Below, one piece after another: positions 46,094 to 64,000 of a DNA stretch of 64,000 nt (its first letter is position 1; each line of letters begins with the position of its first letter). The notes beneath the pieces are model-generated. The model was not told where the DNA came from and searched no databases. It saw nothing but the letters and a program-made list of their open reading frames with translations. This DNA comes from Macrostomum lignano (taxonomy: Eukaryota). The translations under genes were made by a program, and so were the position numbers. The stretch covers positions 192,303-256,302 of the forward strand of contig NIVC01000302.1 of NCBI GenBank assembly GCA_002269645.1, written 5' to 3'.

Positions 46094-46745
46094 GATGCTG
46101 TTAATAGTGCTGTTAAGGAAGTTGTTAATGCTGTTAAAAATGCTGTTATTAGTCCTGTTAAGGATACTGTTAATAGTGCTGTTAATGATGCTGTTAATAG
46201 TGCTGTTAATGATGCTGTTAATAGTGCTGTCAAGGATGTTGTTAATAGTGCTGTTAAGGATGCTGTTAATAGTGCTGTTAAGGATGCTGTTAATAGTGCT
46301 GTTAAGGATGCTGTTAATAGTGCTGTTAAGGATGCTGTTAATAGTGCTGTTAAGGATGCTGTTAATAGTGCTGTCAAGAATGCTGTTAATAGTGCTGTTA
46401 AGGATGCTGTTAATAGTGCTGTTAAAACTGCTGTTAATAGTGCTGTTAAGGATGCTGTTAATAGTGCTGTCAAGAATGCTGTTAATAGTGCCGCTAAGGA
46501 TGCTGTTAATAGTGCTGTCAAGGATGCTGTTAATAGTGCTGTTAAGGATGCTGTTAATAGTGCTGTTAAGGATGCTGTTAATAGTGCTGTCAAGGATGCT
46601 GTTAATAGTGCTGTTAAGGATGCTGTTAATAGTGCTGTCAAGAATGCTGTTAATAGTGCTGTTAAGGATGCTGTTAATAGTGCTGTTAAGGATGCTGTTA
46701 ATAGTGCCGCTAAGGATGCTGTTAATAGTGCTGTTAAGGATGTTA
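46094..46745 (+). repeat. 24-bp (12+12) minisatellite
   Basis: Unit GCTGTTAATAGTGCTGTTAAGGAT. Confidence 0.96.
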
Positions 46746-47224
46746 TTACTCGTAATAGTGCTCGAAATCCGATTCAGACATTGGACACAGGAAAGTCAGC
46801 TAAATCTCATGGGTTAATAAGTTTTCAACTTATAAACGGGCTCTTAGATTTCTTTACAAACTTCGGAATATAAAAAAACAAATTACACTGTTAAAAAACA
46901 CAATAGTCACTTTTTGTGCCGCTTCAGTTTTTTTTAGTTTTTGTCAGCCTGCTTTGACATGCTTTTGTATTATACCTGATGCATATATTGAAGGGACAGT
47001 CGGTTACAGAGTCGGACTAATTGTAGCCTGTATTCATCATGTGCTTGTCCGCTCTATAGTTATAATGGCCTGTTTTTCATATAATGCGCTTAATAAGTAA
47101 ATGTAGCACTGATCGATACTAATAGTAGTATATGATTCTATGTTCATTGTTCAATCGTATATGCGTGTGATCTTATTTCCGTTTCATTCATTTACTGTAA
47201 TTGTTTAATTTTCAGGACTTAGTT

Positions 47225-49555
47225 TCAAGCTTGTGAAGTTTCCAGCTTGTTGAGTGAAGCTTCGAGATTGTAAAGTGAAGATTCCAGCTTGTTGAGTGAA
47301 GCTTCGAGATTGTAAAGTGAAGTTTCAAGCTTGTTGAGTGAAGCTTCGAGATTGTAAAGTGAAGTTTCAAGCTTGTTGAGTGAAGCTTCGAGATTGTAAA
47401 GTGAAGATTCGAGCTTGTTGAGTGAAGCTTCGAGATTGTAAAGTGAAGATTCGAGCTTTTTGAGTGAAGCTTCGAGATTGTAAAGTGAAGATTCCAGCTT
47501 GTTGAGTGAAGCTTCGAGATTGTAAAGTGAAGATTCCAGCTTGTTGAGTGAAGCTTCGAGATTGTAAAGTGAAGTTTCCAGCTTGTTGAGTGAAGCTTCG
47601 AGATTGTGAAGTGAAGCTTTTGAGATTGTGAAGTGAAGCTTTGAGATTGTAAAGTGAAGCTTTTGAGATTGTGAAGTGAAGCTTTTGAGATTGTGAAGTG
47701 AAGCTTCGAGATTGTGAAGTGAAGCTTTTGAGATTGTGAAGTGAAGCTTTTGAGATTGTGAAGTGAAGCTTCGAGATTGTGAAGTGAAGCTTCTGAGATT
47801 GTGAAGTGAAGCTTTTGAGATTGTGAAGTGAAGCTTTTGAGATTGTGAAGTGAAGCTTTTGAGATTGTGAAGTGAAGCTTCTGAGATTGTGAAGTGAAGC
47901 TTTTGAGATTGTGAAGTGAAGCTTCGAGATTGTGAAGTGAAGCTTTTGAGATTGTGAAGTGAAGCTTTTGAGATTGTGAAGTGAAGCTTCGAGATTGTGA
48001 AGTGAAGCTTCGAGATTGTGAAATGAAGCTTTGAGATTGTAAAGTGAAGCTTTTGAGATTGTGAAGTGAAGCTTTTGAGATTGTGAAGTGAAGCTTCTGA
48101 GATTGTGAAGTGAAGCTTTTGAGATTGTGAAGTGAAGCTTCGAGATTGTGAAGTGAAGCTTCGAGATTGTGAAGTGAAGCTTTTGAGATTGTGAAGTGAA
48201 GCCTTTGAGATTGTGAAGTGAAGCTTCGAGATTGTGAAGTGAAGCTTTGAGATTGTGAAGTGAAGCTTTTGAGATTGTGAAGTGAAGCTTTTGAGATTGT
48301 GAAGTGAAGCTTTGAGATTGTGAAGTGAAGCTTTTGAGATTGTGAAGTGAAGCTTCTGAGATTGTGAAGTGAAGCTTTTGAGATTGTGAAGTGAAGCTTT
48401 TGAGATTGTGAAGTGAAGCTTCGAGATTGTGAAGTGAAGCTTCGAGATTGTGAAGTGAAGCTTTTGAGATTGTGAAGTGAAGCCTTTGAGATTGTGAAGT
48501 GAAGCTTCGAGATTGTGAAGTGAAGCTTTGAGATTGTGAAGTGAAGCTTTTGAGATTGTGAAGTGAAGCTTTTGAGATTGTGAAGTGAAGCTTTGAGATT
48601 GTGAAGTGAAGCTTTTGAGATTGTGAAGTGAAGCTTCTGAGATTGTGAAGTGAAGCTTTTGAGATTGTGAAGTGAAGCTTCGAGATTGTGAAGTGAAGCT
48701 TTTGAGATTGTGAGGTGAAGCTTTTGAGATTGTGAAGTGAAGCTTCGAGATTGTGAAATGAAGCTTCGAGATTGTAAAGTGAAGCTTTTGAGATTGTGAA
48801 GTGAAGCTTTTGAGATTGTGAAGTGAAGCTTCGAGATTGTGAAGTGAAGCTTTGAGATTGTGAAGTGAAGCTTCGAGATTGTGAAGTGAAGCTTTGAGAT
48901 TGTGAAGTGAAGCTTTTGAGATTGTGAAGTGAAGCTTTTGAGATTGTGAAGTGAAGCTTTTGAGATTGTGAAGTGAAGCTTTTGAGATTGTGAAGTGAAG
49001 CTTCTGAGATTGTGAAGTGAAGCTTTTGAGATTGTGAAGTGAAGCTTCGAGATTGTGAAGTGAAGCTTCGAGATTGTGAAGTGAAGCTTTGAGATTGTGA
49101 AGTGAAGCTTTTGAGATTGTGAAGTGAAGCTTCGAGATTGTGAAGTGAAGCTTCGAGATTGTGAAGTGAAGCTTTTGAGATTGTGAAGTGAAGCTTTTGA
49201 GATTGTGAAGTGAAGCTTCGAGATTGTGAAGTGAAGCTTCGAGATTGTGAAGTGAAGCTTTGAGATTGTGAAGTGAAGCTTCGAGATTGTGAAGTGAAGC
49301 TTCGAGATTGTGAAGTGAAGCTTTGAGATTGTGAAGTGAAGCTTTTGAGATTGTGAAGTGAAGCTTTTGAGATTGTGAAGTGAAGCTTCGAGATTGTGAA
49401 GTGAAGCTTTTGAGATTGTGAAGTGAAGCTTTTGAGATTGTGAAGTGAAGCTTTTGAGATTGTGAAGTGAAGCTTTTGAGATTGTGAAGTGAAGCTTTTG
49501 AGATTGTAAAGTGAAGCTTTTGAGATTGTGAAGTGAAGCTTTTGAGATTGTGGAA
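47225..49555 (+). repeat. 20-22-bp minisatellite upstream of MSH2
   Basis: Unit GAAGTGAAGCTT(TT/T/C)GAGATTGT, about 100 copies, with a composite variant at the 5' end. Confidence 0.97.
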
Positions 49556-49743
49556 TTCAACAGTTTTTGTTTTCATCAACTGTTGACTGTTTGTCGTGTC
49601 GAAAAATGTATAAAATAGTGCTTTCATTGGTTTAAAGCAAGCCTAAGTTATGATTTACAATAAGCATGCAGTAAAGAGGTGAGAGACAATCTCATTTATT
49701 TGCCCTGAATTGCACTAAATTTCCAGCCGCCAGCTTGTCAAGC

Positions 49744-56791
<7,048 letters not shown>

Positions 56792-57371
56792 TAATGGGGG
56801 CAATGGGGGCTTGGCTTTGGATATCAGTTTTTATCGTCACTGACTACTGATCAACAATTAATAAGTAGTGTGATTTGATCTCAAAGCAGTTTTACTATTT
56901 TGGTGCAGTTCTCGCATATTTTGCGTCACCAGTGGATCTCATAACCTACCCCTGAACCCGAACTTCTGAAACTGTTAAAATTGATTTATAAAAGCATTTT
57001 CCCCATAAATTTGTGCATTTTTGTGCATTTATTAATCGAACTCTTCATTATAGCTCCAATCATTGGACTGTCATCTTTGTGAAACAAGAAATTAAAGCTT
57101 TCGAATGAAGGAAACGGATCAGGCCCTTTCATATTTTTATAACAAATTTAATAAACCCGTTCTGGTTGACGGCAGTTTCTTTGTATTTTCTTTTGTATTG
57201 GTTTTTTGTTTAGCATCTATCTAGCTACTTTTATAGTAGTAGATCGCCTACTTTTGTAGTAGTAGATCGCCTACTTTTTTAGCATTAGTAGTAGTAGTGA
57301 AAGAAGTAGTAGTAGTAGTAGTAGTAGATTAACAAATAGCTAAGTGTCCATCAGTAGGTTATTATAGACAG

Positions 57372-58260
57372 AACACCTGTCCACCAGTAGCTTATTATAG
57401 ACACACCTGTCCACCAGTAGCTTATTATAGACAGACACCTGTCCACCAGTAGCTTATTATAGACAGACACCTGTCCACCAGTAGCTTGTTATAGACGGAC
57501 ACCCTCCACCAGTAGCTTATTATAGACGGACACCTGTCCACCAGTAGCTTATTATAGACAGACACCTGTCCACCAGTAGCTTATTATAGACAGACACCTG
57601 TCCACCAGTAGCTTATTATAGACAGACACCTGTCCACCAGTAGCTTATTATAGACGGACACCCTCCACCAGTAGCTTACTATAGACAGACACCTGTCCAC
57701 CAGTAGCTTATTATAGACAGACACCTGTCCACCAGTAGCTTATTATAGACAGACACCTGTCCACCAGTAGCTTATTATAGACAGACACCTGTCCACCAGT
57801 AGCTTATTATAGACGGACACCTGTCCACCAGTAGGTTATTATAGACAGAACACCTGTCCACCAGTAGCTTATTATAGACAGACACCTGTCCACCAGTAGC
57901 TTATTATAGACAGACACCTGTCCACCAGTAGCTTATTATAGACAGACACCTGTCCACCAGTAGCTTATTATAGACGGACACCTGTCCACCAGTAGGTTAT
58001 TATAGACAGAACACCTGTCCACCAGTAGCTTATTATAGACGGACACCTGTCCACCAGTAGGTTATTATAGACAGAACACCTGTCCACCAGTAGCTTATTA
58101 TAGACAGACACCTGTCCACCAGTAGGTTATTATAGACAGACACCTGTCCACCAGTAGCTTATTATAGACGGACACCTGTCCACCAGTAGCTTATTATAGA
58201 CAGACACTGAGACACCTGTCCACCAGTAGCTTATTATAGACACACCTGTCCACCAGTAGG
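57372..58260 (+). repeat. 32-bp minisatellite between MSH2 and the VWA5A-like gene
   Basis: Unit ACACCTGTCCACCAGTAGCTTATTATAGACAG. Confidence 0.96.
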
Positions 58261-58317
58261 TTACAGAGACAATTACCTGTATTTATGAAACTGGTTTCCA
58301 ATCTTCATGCAGCCGCA

Positions 58318-64000
<5,683 letters not shown>

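Noticed and set aside
46090-46817. 241-aa hydrophobic and 183-aa ORFs
   Set aside because: Products of the 24-bp tandem repeat, not a membrane protein.
47212-49627. 782-aa and 800-aa minus-strand ORFs
   Set aside because: Translations of a stop-free 20-22-bp minisatellite (KLHFTIS/EASLHNL repeats); no domain content.

Overview
Animal genomic DNA with spliceosomal GT-AG introns, GC-rich exons, AT-rich intergenic DNA and very large intronic minisatellites. The style strongly resembles a free-living flatworm such as Macrostomum (inference). I could assemble these gene models by hand with consistent splice phases: AP-1 sigma adaptin (-), then on the + strand FUT8, a gene with two NRF1/EWG-like DNA-binding modules (its intron holds a nested antisense secreted LamG-like gene), an ATAD5/ELG1-like gene, CTNNBL1, MSH2 and a VWA5A-like gene that runs off the window end. 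Mobile DNA includes the 3' end of a Ty3/gypsy LTR element, an intact 3052-bp hAT transposon (perfect TIRs, 8-bp TSD, 3-exon transposase) inserted just after the CTNNBL1 stop, several MITEs, tRNA-derived SINE-like copies and a 30-bp TIR-only insertion. Most notable observations: (1) CTNNBL1 has no genomic start codon and begins at a phase-0 splice acceptor, as expected if the AUG at the 3' end of the flatworm spliced leader supplies Met1; (2) ATAD5-CTNNBL1-MSH2-VWA5A look like a candidate trans-spliced operon; (3) most long introns carry their own minisatellite, and several units are built from splice signals, including a 7-fold amplified MSH2 acceptor and AG|GT units. No expression data or database searches were available, so all gene models are manual.
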